Virus record (IMG/VR): IMGVR_UViG_3300023181_000002
Span: 1-64,000 of that record
DNA: 64,000 nt
DNA from: a virus
Direction: 5' to 3' (one strand)
Position 1 is the first letter of the stretch; every line of letters starts with the position of its first letter. A program made the translations under genes and the position numbers. Below are positions 29,571-40,200 of the stretch, piece after piece. Under the pieces are notes generated by a model, which worked only from the letters and a program-made list of their open reading frames with translations, was not told where the DNA came from and did not search any database.

Positions 29571-30290
29571 ATGTATTACGACAATGAGAATCAACTAGAA
29601 AATGCAATCTATTTCTCTAAGCCAGGAGAAATGTTCAGGGCGGGATTAAGCCATTTTATGCATGACCATGTTTTAAAGCAATTTGATATGGGAGTTTACG
29701 GAGTGCCTGATCTTGTTGGACTTTCCTTTTACGAAAAAACTAGTACGAGTTCCCGCGAAGTAGATATTACGATTTACGAATTGAAAGTTGGAGAAATTAA
29801 TATAGACACAATCGTTCAGGCTTCTAAGTATCGACATGGTATGTATAGATTTCTAGTACAGAATAAGAATAGATTTAGGCATGTCGTTGTTTCTTTTAAA
29901 ATCGTTTTGGTGGGGTATACTATTCAAAATCATCAACATTTTCATTATTTGGCAGATGCAGCTAGGGTGTCTTCTTATACTTACAACTTAAAATCAGATA
30001 ACCTCACCTTTCAGCATTACAATCACAGAAATTACGATCATATGCCTTGGGTGGCAGATCCTTATAAAGAATTAGGAACTTTTAATTTTGAATCTTTATA
30101 TGTAGACATATATAAAAAATCTGCCGAAGCTAGAGCTTTATCAAGGCGAGAAGACCGGCTTAATAGTGGTTCACTAGATGAAATTGATAAACTTTTTGAA
30201 AGAAGATCGTTCGAAGAAGAGGCTAGATTTTCTTCATTTAGTGAAGCTGAAATTGAAGAAGATGATGAGGAGTTCTGGAGGAATTTTTAA
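29571..30290 (+). CDS. PD-(D/E)XK (NucS-like) nuclease domain protein
   Basis: E..LE, GVPDLV, IYELK, Q..KY, IVLVG motifs. Confidence 0.65.
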   Translation: MYYDNENQLENAIYFSKPGEMFRAGLSHFMHDHVLKQFDMGVYGVPDLVGLSFYEKTSTSSREVDITIYELKVGEINIDTIVQASKYRHGMYRFLVQNKNRFRHVVVSFKIVLVGYTIQNHQHFHYLADAARVSSYTYNLKSDNLTFQHYNHRNYDHMPWVADPYKELGTFNFESLYVDIYKKSAEARALSRREDRLNSGSLDEIDKLFERRSFEEEARFSSFSEAEIEEDDEEFWRNF

Positions 30291-30300
30291 TTAATTTGTT

Positions 30301-30918
30301 ATGAAATCGAAAAAAATATCCATTGATAGATTTCCTCATGTAGCGAATCTTCGCAATAACGGCAAAGTCAAAGTGCTTCGCAAAAAGTACGGAGAACTCG
30401 AGGGATACGCTTTCTGGTGTATGATGTTAGAGATTCTCATTGACAGCCCTACGCTTGAGTGGAATTTTAACCCGGTTCAGATAGAGGTATTCGCTGACGA
30501 GTTGGGTATTGAAGAAGTAAAGCTACAAGCAATGATTGAAACGGCAATCTCATTAGAGATGCTCTCCGAAGATGAAGAAGGCTTGATAAGTTGCCAAAGT
30601 CTTAACGATAAAGTTAAATACGAAAAACGCAAGCCAACAGTATTCAAAGAGCAGGCTCCAAAGTTCGTAGCGCCTGAGCTGATTGATGTTGTATCGTATT
30701 TTCAGTACAAGCACAACTGTTCAGAAGCTGCTGCCTTAGATTTTGCTGAGAAGTTCTGGAATCATTACAACAGTAAAGGATGGACTGTAGGCAAAGCGCC
30801 TATGAAAAGTTGGAAGTCCGCAGTAGATGGCACATGGAAAGAAACAGGATTAAAATCAATCGCTGCTTATCCAAATAATCAAGCGCCGATTCAACAGCGA
30901 ACATACCTGAATGTGTAA
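30301..30918 (+). CDS. Phage replication initiator (DUF4373/Lin1244-like N-terminus, DnaD-like C-terminus)
   Basis: FPH..N.RN..KV..LR.KYG..GY..W...LE.L; F.NHY.SKGW.VGK..MK.WK.A; upstream of DnaB. Confidence 0.7.
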   Translation: MKSKKISIDRFPHVANLRNNGKVKVLRKKYGELEGYAFWCMMLEILIDSPTLEWNFNPVQIEVFADELGIEEVKLQAMIETAISLEMLSEDEEGLISCQSLNDKVKYEKRKPTVFKEQAPKFVAPELIDVVSYFQYKHNCSEAAALDFAEKFWNHYNSKGWTVGKAPMKSWKSAVDGTWKETGLKSIAAYPNNQAPIQQRTYLNV

Positions 30919-31295
30919 TGGATAAAGTGTCTTGCTTAAAGTGCGGTCAACCGTTATTTATTACTGATAAAGTTTATATCGGAACGCTGTATGTCGTTAG
31001 ATGTGCTAATTGCGAAAGAGATCATTACTTCTCTGTACGTGTACCAGGGCGAAGAAAATGGGTGCAGCCGGACGATGTAGAGAGATTAGGATCGAAGGTT
31101 ACTTTAGAAGTAAAATGTGAGCCACTATTTAAGCATTTACAGCCTGACTACAAAGGTTCATTACAATCCAGTCACAGTTTTCTTCCTGAAAAAAATGTAA
31201 TTGATCAGGATCAAAAAACAATGATACTCTACGAAGCATTGGCTGACGGAGAGATCACAGAAGATTTATTTAACAAGTTTATCATGAGGATGTAA
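30918..31295 (+). CDS. Zinc-ribbon protein
   Basis: CLKCG...CANC; located between initiator and helicase. Confidence 0.55.
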   Translation: MDKVSCLKCGQPLFITDKVYIGTLYVVRCANCERDHYFSVRVPGRRKWVQPDDVERLGSKVTLEVKCEPLFKHLQPDYKGSLQSSHSFLPEKNVIDQDQKTMILYEALADGEITEDLFNKFIMRM

Positions 31296-31296
31296 T

Positions 31297-32709
31297 ATGT
31301 TTAGCGTAGCGCCGCCAGTAGCACTTGAAATTGAAAAAGACGTTCTCTCAACGATTGTAAATTATCCGGAACTGCTTGTCAACGTTGAGCAGATACTAAA
31401 TTCAGACTGTTTTTATGAAGCCGAAAATAGAGTTCTATATGACATCATTATGGAGATTCATCTTGAAGGGCAAAAAGTTGATGCTTCTCACGTATTACAG
31501 AAACTATTTGGAGCGGGTAAAAAAGATTTGCTAAGCCATTATCAATCTCTTAAAAAGAATATAGGTTCATCAAATACCCTTTGGAAGAATGCAACCACGC
31601 TATTAGAATATTCTACCAAGAGAAGCATTTTAGAAAACTCTCTTCAAGCGTTGTCTCTTATCGAGCAAGATGCCAACATTGAAGATATTGACAGAGTAGT
31701 TTCTAAAGGTGTTGAAATCGTTACAGGTCGAAGCAATAATATTGATAGCGTGACTTTTAAGGAGTCTATTGAGAAGATGAAAGCCCTGATGAATAAACCC
31801 TTGACGGATGGTATTTCAGGGCTTACAACTGGACTGCCTTCGCTTAATAAGTTCAATTCAGGATGGCAGAGTACAGACCGGATATTAGTGGCGGGCAGAC
31901 CCGGGATGGCAAAATCGATTCTCGCAGCGTTCCACGCTTATGAAGTGGCTGTTAAAGGAGATCCGGTAGCTGTTATCTCTTTAGAGATGGAGGATTCGCA
32001 GTTGACTGGTCGGATGATCTCCAATATATCAAATGTTAACTCGAGCGACATACTAAAAGGAAGGCTTGTCGAGAATCAAAAGCGGCATGTAGATAAAGTA
32101 GCTTCTTCTGTTGCTAATCTTCCTATCTACTATTACGGGAATACCCAATCAGCAGACATAAATGACATTTTCCTTGCTATGAGAAACTGGAAAAGAAGAT
32201 TCGGGATTAAAATGATCATCCTTGATTTTGTTCAGCTTTGTAAGGATCGTACCGTTAAAAATCAAGAAGCAACACCAGTGCTTGATAGTGTAATAGGGAA
32301 GTTAACAGATATGTCAAACCAATTAGGAGTTGCCTTAATGATTTTATCCCAATTAAACAGGGGCAGTGAAAGTTTGGCAGATAAAAGACCATCTTTATCA
32401 AATCTAAAAAATTCAGGTCGCCTTGAAGAGTTTGGCACGACGATCATATTCCCATACCGCCAGGATTATTACGATGAAAGAGCGGCCACTGAAAAGGGAT
32501 TAACCTTTGTACCTAGCAATCGTATCGAATATATTATTGCAAAGAATAGATCAGACGCAACCGGGACATTATTATTTATGTGCAACCCAGCTTTAAATAG
32601 AATTTACGAATTCCCCAAGAATGATTTATATCCACCACAAGCACCACCTGTTGATCCATTTGCCGGAAACCAAGTTTTAAACGAAATAAAACCAATATCT
32701 TTTTTATGA
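31297..32709 (+). CDS. dnaB: Replicative DnaB-like helicase
   Basis: PP...E.E..VL, TGL..L, AGRPGMAKS, SLEM, ILDFVQL, LSQLNR, RP.LS.L..SG.LE, IAKNR. Confidence 0.92.
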   Translation: MFSVAPPVALEIEKDVLSTIVNYPELLVNVEQILNSDCFYEAENRVLYDIIMEIHLEGQKVDASHVLQKLFGAGKKDLLSHYQSLKKNIGSSNTLWKNATTLLEYSTKRSILENSLQALSLIEQDANIEDIDRVVSKGVEIVTGRSNNIDSVTFKESIEKMKALMNKPLTDGISGLTTGLPSLNKFNSGWQSTDRILVAGRPGMAKSILAAFHAYEVAVKGDPVAVISLEMEDSQLTGRMISNISNVNSSDILKGRLVENQKRHVDKVASSVANLPIYYYGNTQSADINDIFLAMRNWKRRFGIKMIILDFVQLCKDRTVKNQEATPVLDSVIGKLTDMSNQLGVALMILSQLNRGSESLADKRPSLSNLKNSGRLEEFGTTIIFPYRQDYYDERAATEKGLTFVPSNRIEYIIAKNRSDATGTLLFMCNPALNRIYEFPKNDLYPPQAPPVDPFAGNQVLNEIKPISFL

Positions 32710-33323
32710 ACACCGAACTACCAATCCCCATTAACACTGTATTATACACAAAAGACGGACGCAACGTCGGCAACGCCTTTATCGTGGCACACGAGAAAGG
32801 GAGATACGTTGTCAAGACCGACTACGGAGCTTATGCGCATTTCACCCCGGAGAAGGTGGAAGCATTGTTTTACCTCGACAAAGGATATTCCGAAGAAGAG
32901 CGCCTTGAAAGAGCGAAATCTCACAAGAATTACCGTGCGCATGGGAGGCGCAAGGAGAGTCCTGAAGAGGTTGCTCCTGCTAAGGAGGATATCATCGAGC
33001 GTGTGGCTCCTGTGATCCTTGTAAAGGAAGAACCCGTAAAGAAGAAACGTGCTAGGATTGCTGCGAAACCTGTAAAAGTTAATTGATATGGAGCACTTAA
33101 GAATAAAATCTGTAGTAGTACATCGCCCTAGCGAAATCTCTATAGATACCGGGACTTTAATACAATCTTGGCTTGGGCAGTATGCTACTGGACTTAATAC
33201 AAAATTTCTCTGCCGGGAATATAAAAAGGCAATCGGATGGAAAAAATACCGTGTTAGATTCTCTGAGTTTGATTGCCGTGTAGGAAAAATTGTTTTACGG
33301 GTAACTAAAATTTAAAAGAAATT

Positions 33324-33626
33324 ATGAACAAGTTAGAATTTAAAGGAACAGATGGTAAATGGACTCTTACCACAAATCCATTAGAAATAGGCAATTTTAA
33401 GTCTAGTGTCTGGAGTACAAATAAATTTGGAGAAGAGATAGGATCTGAATTGATAGCCGATGTTGAGAAAAATGAAAATGCCCACTTAATCGCAGCAGCT
33501 CCAGACCTATTGAAAGCCGCAATAGATTTCCTTGAAAAGGTTGAGTCTGGAAGAGCACGCTCTACCGATAGTTATAATAAGTTCAAATCTGCCGTGTATA
33601 AGGCACTAAATCTTCAGGAAGAATGA
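33324..33626 (+). CDS. Conserved phage protein
   Basis: T.G.W...NAHLIAAAPDLL.A motif. Confidence 0.7.
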   Translation: MNKLEFKGTDGKWTLTTNPLEIGNFKSSVWSTNKFGEEIGSELIADVEKNENAHLIAAAPDLLKAAIDFLEKVESGRARSTDSYNKFKSAVYKALNLQEE

Positions 33627-33934
33627 AAAATCAATTTAAAAATGGTTTGGAGTTTGTATGTGCCGCATTCACGGCACTGGTTGCTCCATGCGTATTATTT
33701 GTAATATTAGTGACAGCATTTATCTCAATAGTAACTCCCAATGAGATAAGAGCCAATCCAGAAGCATCCCGCTCCATCAAGATCGCCCATTACAGTTCCT
33801 TTGACGCGTTTCAGACGGAAGGGTATTGGCTTTTTAAGAACAATTGGGAGGTGAAAGAGGTTTCGCACGCGATCCATCCGGGCGGTCAAAATGATACAGA
33901 TATTATTGTTGTTTATACTAAAAATCAGTAGAGT

Positions 33935-34501
33935 GTGGAGACAGAAGAAGAAATATGGAAACTAATTCCAGGATACACAAAATACGAGGCAAGTAGTTTT
34001 GGTAGATTTAGATCTTTACATTTTTTCGATAGGCCGTCATCGTCGGGTCCTAAGAATTTTAGAAATGGAGAAAAGGTAATTATGAAGCAAACTATGGCTA
34101 CTAAATATCTAAGTGTTATGTTTTGCGAAGAGGGGGTACGAAAAAGGCTTATTTCGCATAGATTAATCGCTCTTACTTTTATCGAAAATCCGCACAATAA
34201 AGGGTATGTTCATCACAAAGATTCTAACCGTCTAAATAATCACATTTCGAATTTAGAATGGGTGACTCAAAGTGAAAACATAAAACATGCTTACGATCAG
34301 AATAGAATGAATACAAAAAGATCAAAGAAAGTTATAAATACAGAAACGGGAAAAATATTCAATTCCGCTATTTTAGCAAATCAATCACTAGAAAATCCCT
34401 TTTGTAAAAAGTATTTTCAAAAGTTAATGAGGACTCCATGTATTAATTTAACGCCATTTAAGTGGTATACACCCGAAGAAGATGAAAATATTAGCGCTTG
34501 A
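33935..34501 (+). CDS. NUMOD4/HNH homing endonuclease
   Basis: EIWK.IPGY..YE.S..GR.RS; HRLIA..FI.NP.....V.HKD.NR.NN...NLEWVT.SEN. Confidence 0.88.
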   Translation: METEEEIWKLIPGYTKYEASSFGRFRSLHFFDRPSSSGPKNFRNGEKVIMKQTMATKYLSVMFCEEGVRKRLISHRLIALTFIENPHNKGYVHHKDSNRLNNHISNLEWVTQSENIKHAYDQNRMNTKRSKKVINTETGKIFNSAILANQSLENPFCKKYFQKLMRTPCINLTPFKWYTPEEDENISA

Positions 34502-34922
34502 CCAAGCATCAAATTGTGGCTTCTGCTGCGGCCCCAATAATTATGGATTATGGAATTTAAATACGCTCAAGGACGAAAGCTCTGGAATGAAAATGATCCG
34601 CTTCAAGTCGAAACTTAAATTTATGATTGAAGCAGAAGGTATTGAATTAGTCGCATACGAGAGAGTCGCTGGTAGGCACGCAAATTCTATCATACATGCC
34701 TCTAAAATGGTTGCTATGATAGAAACATTGTGCGAGGAGCTTGGAGTCGCTTATATGGCATTTTCAGCGACAGAAATAAAATTATTTGCTACAGGAAAAG
34801 GAAATGCTGGGAAACCTGCTATGATCAAGGCTGCAAAGGATCGCTTTGGCTACACAGGTAATGACGACAATGAAGCTGATGCAATTTGTATTTATCAATT
34901 AGCCAAAACACATTATCAATGA
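34482..34922 (+). CDS. RuvC-like Holliday junction resolvase
   Basis: ILALD...CGF, VAYE, IK.FATGKGNA.K..M, DDNEADA. Confidence 0.85.
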   Translation: MKILALDQASNCGFCCGPNNYGLWNLNTLKDESSGMKMIRFKSKLKFMIEAEGIELVAYERVAGRHANSIIHASKMVAMIETLCEELGVAYMAFSATEIKLFATGKGNAGKPAMIKAAKDRFGYTGNDDNEADAICIYQLAKTHYQ

Positions 34923-36667
34923 TAACATCAATCGTGACCGGATTTTTAGTGACCGCTGCCGGATTATACATCTACGACAAACTTCGCGTAGTACCTGTTA
35001 AAAAGCAATACCCCAAAGAGCAATCTTGGGCAGAGGCGCAAATTGAACGAGATAAATTAAGGCAAGTTTGGGAAGATGAGATGCTTAATAATAGATATCG
35101 AAGAGATATAGAGTTTGCCGCACAAGACGATTATGATTGGTGGCTAAACAGAAAACCATTCGATATATTGAAACCTTTTAGAGGAGGTAGAATGATCACA
35201 GTGGGACATAATCATCGGGAAGTATTCCCTAAGTCTTTCGAAGAGTATGTCCAAGAAGAATTTGAAAGAATTAAATCTGAAAGACATACCCTTGAAGAGA
35301 TCAAACAGATAGAGCACAATCAAAAGAAAGCATTTTATGATGCAATGCACATGGAAATGCCGGAAGAAGAATCCATTTAACCAATCCGAACCACCATGCC
35401 AACCCAGAAACTAATCAAACCCCGTAAGCGAACAGAACCTCGCGCTGGGAAACCTGCCAAGTTAATCCCTATCGATCATGGGAAGAGTGTACTATTGAAA
35501 AAAGTTCAATATTCAGATGAAGAGGTGGAAAAGATGTTTCATTTGTTTTCACATTGCCAGGCAATCCATGACATACTGATCACCTTTAAAGGGACAGAAT
35601 TTTACACAGCTTCCCTTGAGAAGGAACTTGATAAAGGCGCTTCTAAATTCAATAAATTGTTTGTGCAAAATTCGCCGGGGTATATCTCTGACAGGATCTT
35701 CGAAGGAACGAAACTCTTTTCAAGGTTTTGCAAGTTCTCGTATGATCTTTCGCTTCAGCCGCAGCCTGTACTGGACCGCTTTGAGAGAAAGTATACTGAT
35801 CTGTTGATCGAGGCAGGCATAGACGTGATTAACCCGATGATGAGGATATGAAAAAAATATTCAGACTAATTATAGCCGGTATAATGATAATATTTTGGCT
35901 CCCAATTTCAATAGGTATAATGATTTTACCTCCATTTTGCTTATTTATTGTAATGGGGATTATACTATTTATAGGTAAATCTTTTGAGTACTTAATGTTT
36001 GATCAAAGTGATAAACAAAAGAAGGAGTGTAAAGAAGATATTCAAGCTGCCTGCGAAATGATGTTAAGTAGTTTTATTTTAACATGGAGTCCTATCAGCT
36101 ACGTTCTTAAAGGCAAATCTAAATGACCGGCATCTATAAACTCTCAGACGGTTCCGTTTACGAGATCACCAAAGAAGATAAGCCCTCTGACAGATCGAAG
36201 GGCTTGCAGTATATTGCCAAATGTCTCTATTCTGAGACAAAATCAAATGAGCCTTTCTTTGTGTCGAAGGAGAATTTGCATAGGAATACCCTCTACGGGT
36301 TATGGGTGTTACAAGAATGAATTTAAAAACAATTATAAACAATAAATAATCAGAACCATGTACGGAGAAAAATCAACTTATTCGGGAGAAGCAATGCAAT
36401 CTACTGAGGCTTTAAATCCTCGCTTAGTAAGAATCCTTGAAACGATTCGCCAGTGCAATCGCCGGTATTCAGAAAACGTTCAGCGCATAGCGGTTTCCGC
36501 TAACAATATTATGCCGATTATGTCCAACCCGAAAGGTCCCATGAAGGACGAAAAGCCCCAAGGGATTTTAGCGGACATAGAAGTTGAATTGTCATTATTT
36601 ACAGAGAGAAACAACGACCTTTCATTGATCGCAGAACATCTTATTGAAATTGCTGGATAAATTCACT

Positions 36668-36695
36668 ATGGCACCTGATTAAGTTTGGGTGCCAT
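36668..36695. terminator. Intergenic hairpin
   Basis: atggcacctga / ttgggtgccat. Confidence 0.55.
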
Positions 36696-37147
36696 TAATT
36701 AAAATAATTATGAAACCAAAAGAAAAGAAGCCAGAAACTGTTTTCAGAATTATCAGCAAACAATCCGGAGAAGCGGTTGGTTCTTATAGCAGAGCATACT
36801 GCGATGAGTTTGATTTTAATTCTGTCTCAGAAGCAAGACGCGCTAACTGTCACGGCGTGTTCGAGGACAAGGATAAATATAAGATCGTCAAATACAAAGT
36901 TACGTACGAGCTTATAGAGGACGATTGTCAGGAAGAAGAGTCCAGTAAGAAATGGATTTTACAAAAATGACCTTTAAAAAATAAATCATGGATCAGGAAG
37001 ATTTCAATAGAAAAAGGCGTGCTTTAAAAATGCTGTCTCATTCACTTTTCATTCAGGACACTGAAGGCGAAGAAGCGGCTATGAAATTTTTAGAGCAATT
37101 TAAAAAAGAGGAAGAATTAAGCGTTCTGAATAAAAATACAAAACCCG

Positions 37148-37600
37148 ATGGCATTTGAATCCCGCATGAAAATTTCCGATGTGAAAGTATTTGACATGAT
37201 CGCAGAGATCATCGAGTGGTATTTTCATAATGCGAAAACACCCGACATCGAGAAGATACTCGCTGCGAGGGATCGCCTGGCGACGTTGAGCTATAACCTG
37301 GCATCGATCAGCGCTGATCTAAAAGAGCGCTATAACGGACAATACTACATCAGAAAGATCGAAACAGCGAAGTCTAAACAAGGTTTCATCTCGAAAGGGA
37401 AGAACATGTCTCAGAGTGAAACTGAAAGCATCATCTCCTCAGCGGAATTCCTGAAAGGGGAGATTGAAGCGGAAGCGGACAGCTACAAGGTAGATTTGCT
37501 CTTAAAGCAGGTTAATAAGATTTTGGATGCCATGGGTCAACGCATCGCGTTTGCGCGTGCTGAGGAGGTTAATTCGAGAAGGCAGGGGAACAATATGTGA
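37148..37600 (+). CDS. Conserved helical phage protein (possibly UvsY-like mediator)
   Basis: All-helical; near resolvase/helicase; family only tentatively recognised. Confidence 0.35.
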   Translation: MAFESRMKISDVKVFDMIAEIIEWYFHNAKTPDIEKILAARDRLATLSYNLASISADLKERYNGQYYIRKIETAKSKQGFISKGKNMSQSETESIISSAEFLKGEIEAEADSYKVDLLLKQVNKILDAMGQRIAFARAEEVNSRRQGNNM

Positions 37601-38264
37601 AACTTTTTAAACGAACCATATGATGACAGATCACGATATAAGAATATGTCTAATTGTAAGTATTCAAATGTTTTTCTTGTATGTTTATTTTTCAATAACC
37701 GTCGCTTCTTTCAAAGCTTATCTCAAAAAAGAGTTTGTAGATTGCAGTTTTTTAATAATGACTTTATTCTTTGTATTTACAGCAAATGCCTACTCTGTTA
37801 AAGAAGTAATTGAGTGGGATAAGGAATATTTGAAGGTAGAATCTGAAAGGGTGGCGCTAGAAATTAAGTTGCAAAAAGAAAAACAACAAAGAGACAAGCT
37901 TAAGAAAGAAGCCACTGAAGCGGTTGAAAAAGTGGAGAAGGAGTTTGCAAGAAGAATGGAGCTTCAGGAAGACCTGCTTAAAGAATATAACGATCAGTTA
38001 GCTAGGAATATGCAGTTAAGAAAACATCTAAAAAAGAGATACAATTTATGACGTCTTCTCAATAGTAAAACCATTGCGAACTGCATTTTTCACCGCATCT
38101 CTTTTACGCTTGTAACTCTCGGAGCTACTACCCACGATCTCAGAATTCGGAGCAATCCTCTTCCACCGCCACTCTTTAGCGGCATCTTTATAGAATATCC
38201 AGGTGTCTTTTTCGCCCATGGTTGTAGTTTTTTCTTAAAACGCATTTCCATGGGCGAAAGTTCT

Positions 38265-39551
38265 TTAATATATACTTTCCTGACCGTAACTCCATGCACT
38301 TGAACCTCCACCAGAGGTAACCCCTCTCAAGCGTACATAATATCCAGCGGGTACTTCGCATTGAAGGTTAAATAAATTACTCTCGTTAAGTCCGACGGAA
38401 ATCGAAACAGCCAATGTTTTTGTACTGCCTGCGCCATTGATCGTGATCCATGTTGAATTATTCGCGCTGATCTCCAAGAATACCTGAGCGCTACTGTTAA
38501 GATTTAACAGAGATAAAGCTGTTGTACATGTCACCGTATAAGACACCCTGGCAGGACGCGTCGTTGAAATCTGAAATGAAGTACCTATTGTCCTCGCTGG
38601 AGCATTATTAAAAGTAACCGCGCTTGAAGAGGCAGAGATTACACCTGCCGTTATATCAACACCCGTCCCGGCAGTATAATTTACCGGCGTAGGCACGTTT
38701 AAAGCGCCAGTGGTTGAATTGTACGTTGAAACGCCCGATCCTGTCGTAGTGAGCGAAATAGACCCTCTTGCTCGGGTGTTGGTGTAATATTGATTTGTCG
38801 TGCCTTCTGACAATCCGTCTGTAGTCTTGGCGGCGAAGGCTGTATTGAATCGAGCCGCTGTATAATATAGATTTACTCCTTCAGATAAGTCTGCCGTAGA
38901 TTTTCCTGAAAAAGCGGTATTAAACCGCGCAGTAGTCCAATAAAGATTACTACCTTCCGAAAGACCTCCTGTATTTTTCGCAGCAAATTTTGAATCGAAA
39001 AGTGGGTCAGATTCTGACGAGATGAACGCGCTGGGGTTGGTACTTGGATAAGGAACGAACCCTAAAGCGAGTGCTATCTGCCCGGAATTTATTGAGGTCA
39101 AATAGTTAGCAGGATTAGTTGATAAAGGATACGCATCTACAATCCCATAGCCAGATAAAGTCGTTGGCCTGCCTGTTAACGAAGTAAAGCTTTGCGCTGG
39201 TACACTCGTCAAGAATCCTAAAGGATTGGAAGTTCCATTATAAGGAGTGTATCCTATAGCTGAAATTATCTGAGCATTTGTCGGCACATAGCTTATGGGT
39301 TTATACAAAGGCGCTGTAAATAAAGAAACACTATCTTTTAAGTGTCGTATCTGTTTCGTGTTAAAGCGTAAAGAAGAGGTGCGAGCGACCCATGTCCTAT
39401 TCATAGAGCCGGCAACCGTATCTACCCACATGATATTTGGAGCGGCGGTATCGGCAGGAATTGCCTGACTGGCAATTAATCTACTGGCAACCTGACCCCA
39501 AGAAACAAAAGAACATAGGCAAATAAAAAATATACTAACAAAACGTTTCAT
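38265..39551 (-). CDS. Fibre-like repeat protein with N-terminal Sec signal
   Basis: Three ~25-aa T.DLSEG.NLYYT.ARF repeats, GY.PY..TNP.G+ repeats, signal MKRFVSIFFICLCSFVSWG-Q. Confidence 0.65.
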   Translation of the reverse strand: MKRFVSIFFICLCSFVSWGQVASRLIASQAIPADTAAPNIMWVDTVAGSMNRTWVARTSSLRFNTKQIRHLKDSVSLFTAPLYKPISYVPTNAQIISAIGYTPYNGTSNPLGFLTSVPAQSFTSLTGRPTTLSGYGIVDAYPLSTNPANYLTSINSGQIALALGFVPYPSTNPSAFISSESDPLFDSKFAAKNTGGLSEGSNLYWTTARFNTAFSGKSTADLSEGVNLYYTAARFNTAFAAKTTDGLSEGTTNQYYTNTRARGSISLTTTGSGVSTYNSTTGALNVPTPVNYTAGTGVDITAGVISASSSAVTFNNAPARTIGTSFQISTTRPARVSYTVTCTTALSLLNLNSSAQVFLEISANNSTWITINGAGSTKTLAVSISVGLNESNLFNLQCEVPAGYYVRLRGVTSGGGSSAWSYGQESIY

Positions 39552-39615
39552 TTTAAAGAATCTGATTAGGTTTAATAATTTAAAGTCCTAAATCAGTGGG
39601 TTGGGCATCAATATA

Positions 39616-40119
39616 CTACTGCAAAGAAGTATACTTCAAAGAATTATTATAAAAAATGTACCGCTCACCAGGAGCAAGTGAAATTGTATTGACTATAGTA
39701 CCTGAATCATCTATATCCATCGATCCGGCAGTTGTATTCACTGTAAGGTTTCCTGTTCCTTGGTTGATCAAGGTTAAACGATATCCAGAGAATACTCCCA
39801 AAGGAGGTAATGTCCAAACAGCAGTTGTCCCTGTAAAAGTATAATATGAAGTATAGGAGTTTATCTGAAGTGTTGCCGCAGAAGAAACAATGTTTATAGC
39901 AGACATCTTTCTAACCCATCTTCCAGTAGGCTGACCCGTGACTTGTATTACATTGAAGCCATCAGGAGTCGCTGTATTGGAAGCTCTAAACATGTAGATA
40001 TCTCCAAATCCATCGTTTATAGAGTCTTTTCCGTTGACAGTTACGGCTATACCATCAGATCCTGCCTGAGAACTTAGGTCAGAAATTAACGCGAAAGAAG
40101 TTGGTCCTAATTGTCCCAT
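39616..40119 (-). CDS. Tailspike-adaptor/fibre-associated protein (ORF track start 40152)
   Basis: G.....DG.G..Y......T..DG.NVI......GRW.R tailspike N-domain motif; WTLP...G.....IN.G.G..TV. Confidence 0.55.
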   Translation of the reverse strand: MGQLGPTSFALISDLSSQAGSDGIAVTVNGKDSINDGFGDIYMFRASNTATPDGFNVIQVTGQPTGRWVRKMSAINIVSSAATLQINSYTSYYTFTGTTAVWTLPPLGVFSGYRLTLINQGTGNLTVNTTAGSMDIDDSGTIVNTISLAPGERYIFYNNSLKYTSLQ

Positions 40120-40200
40120 TGTTAATAAAAATAAAGTTTGAATTATATACACTTAAAGTAACATACATAATTCAAACTTTTATAAAAACTTATTTAACGG

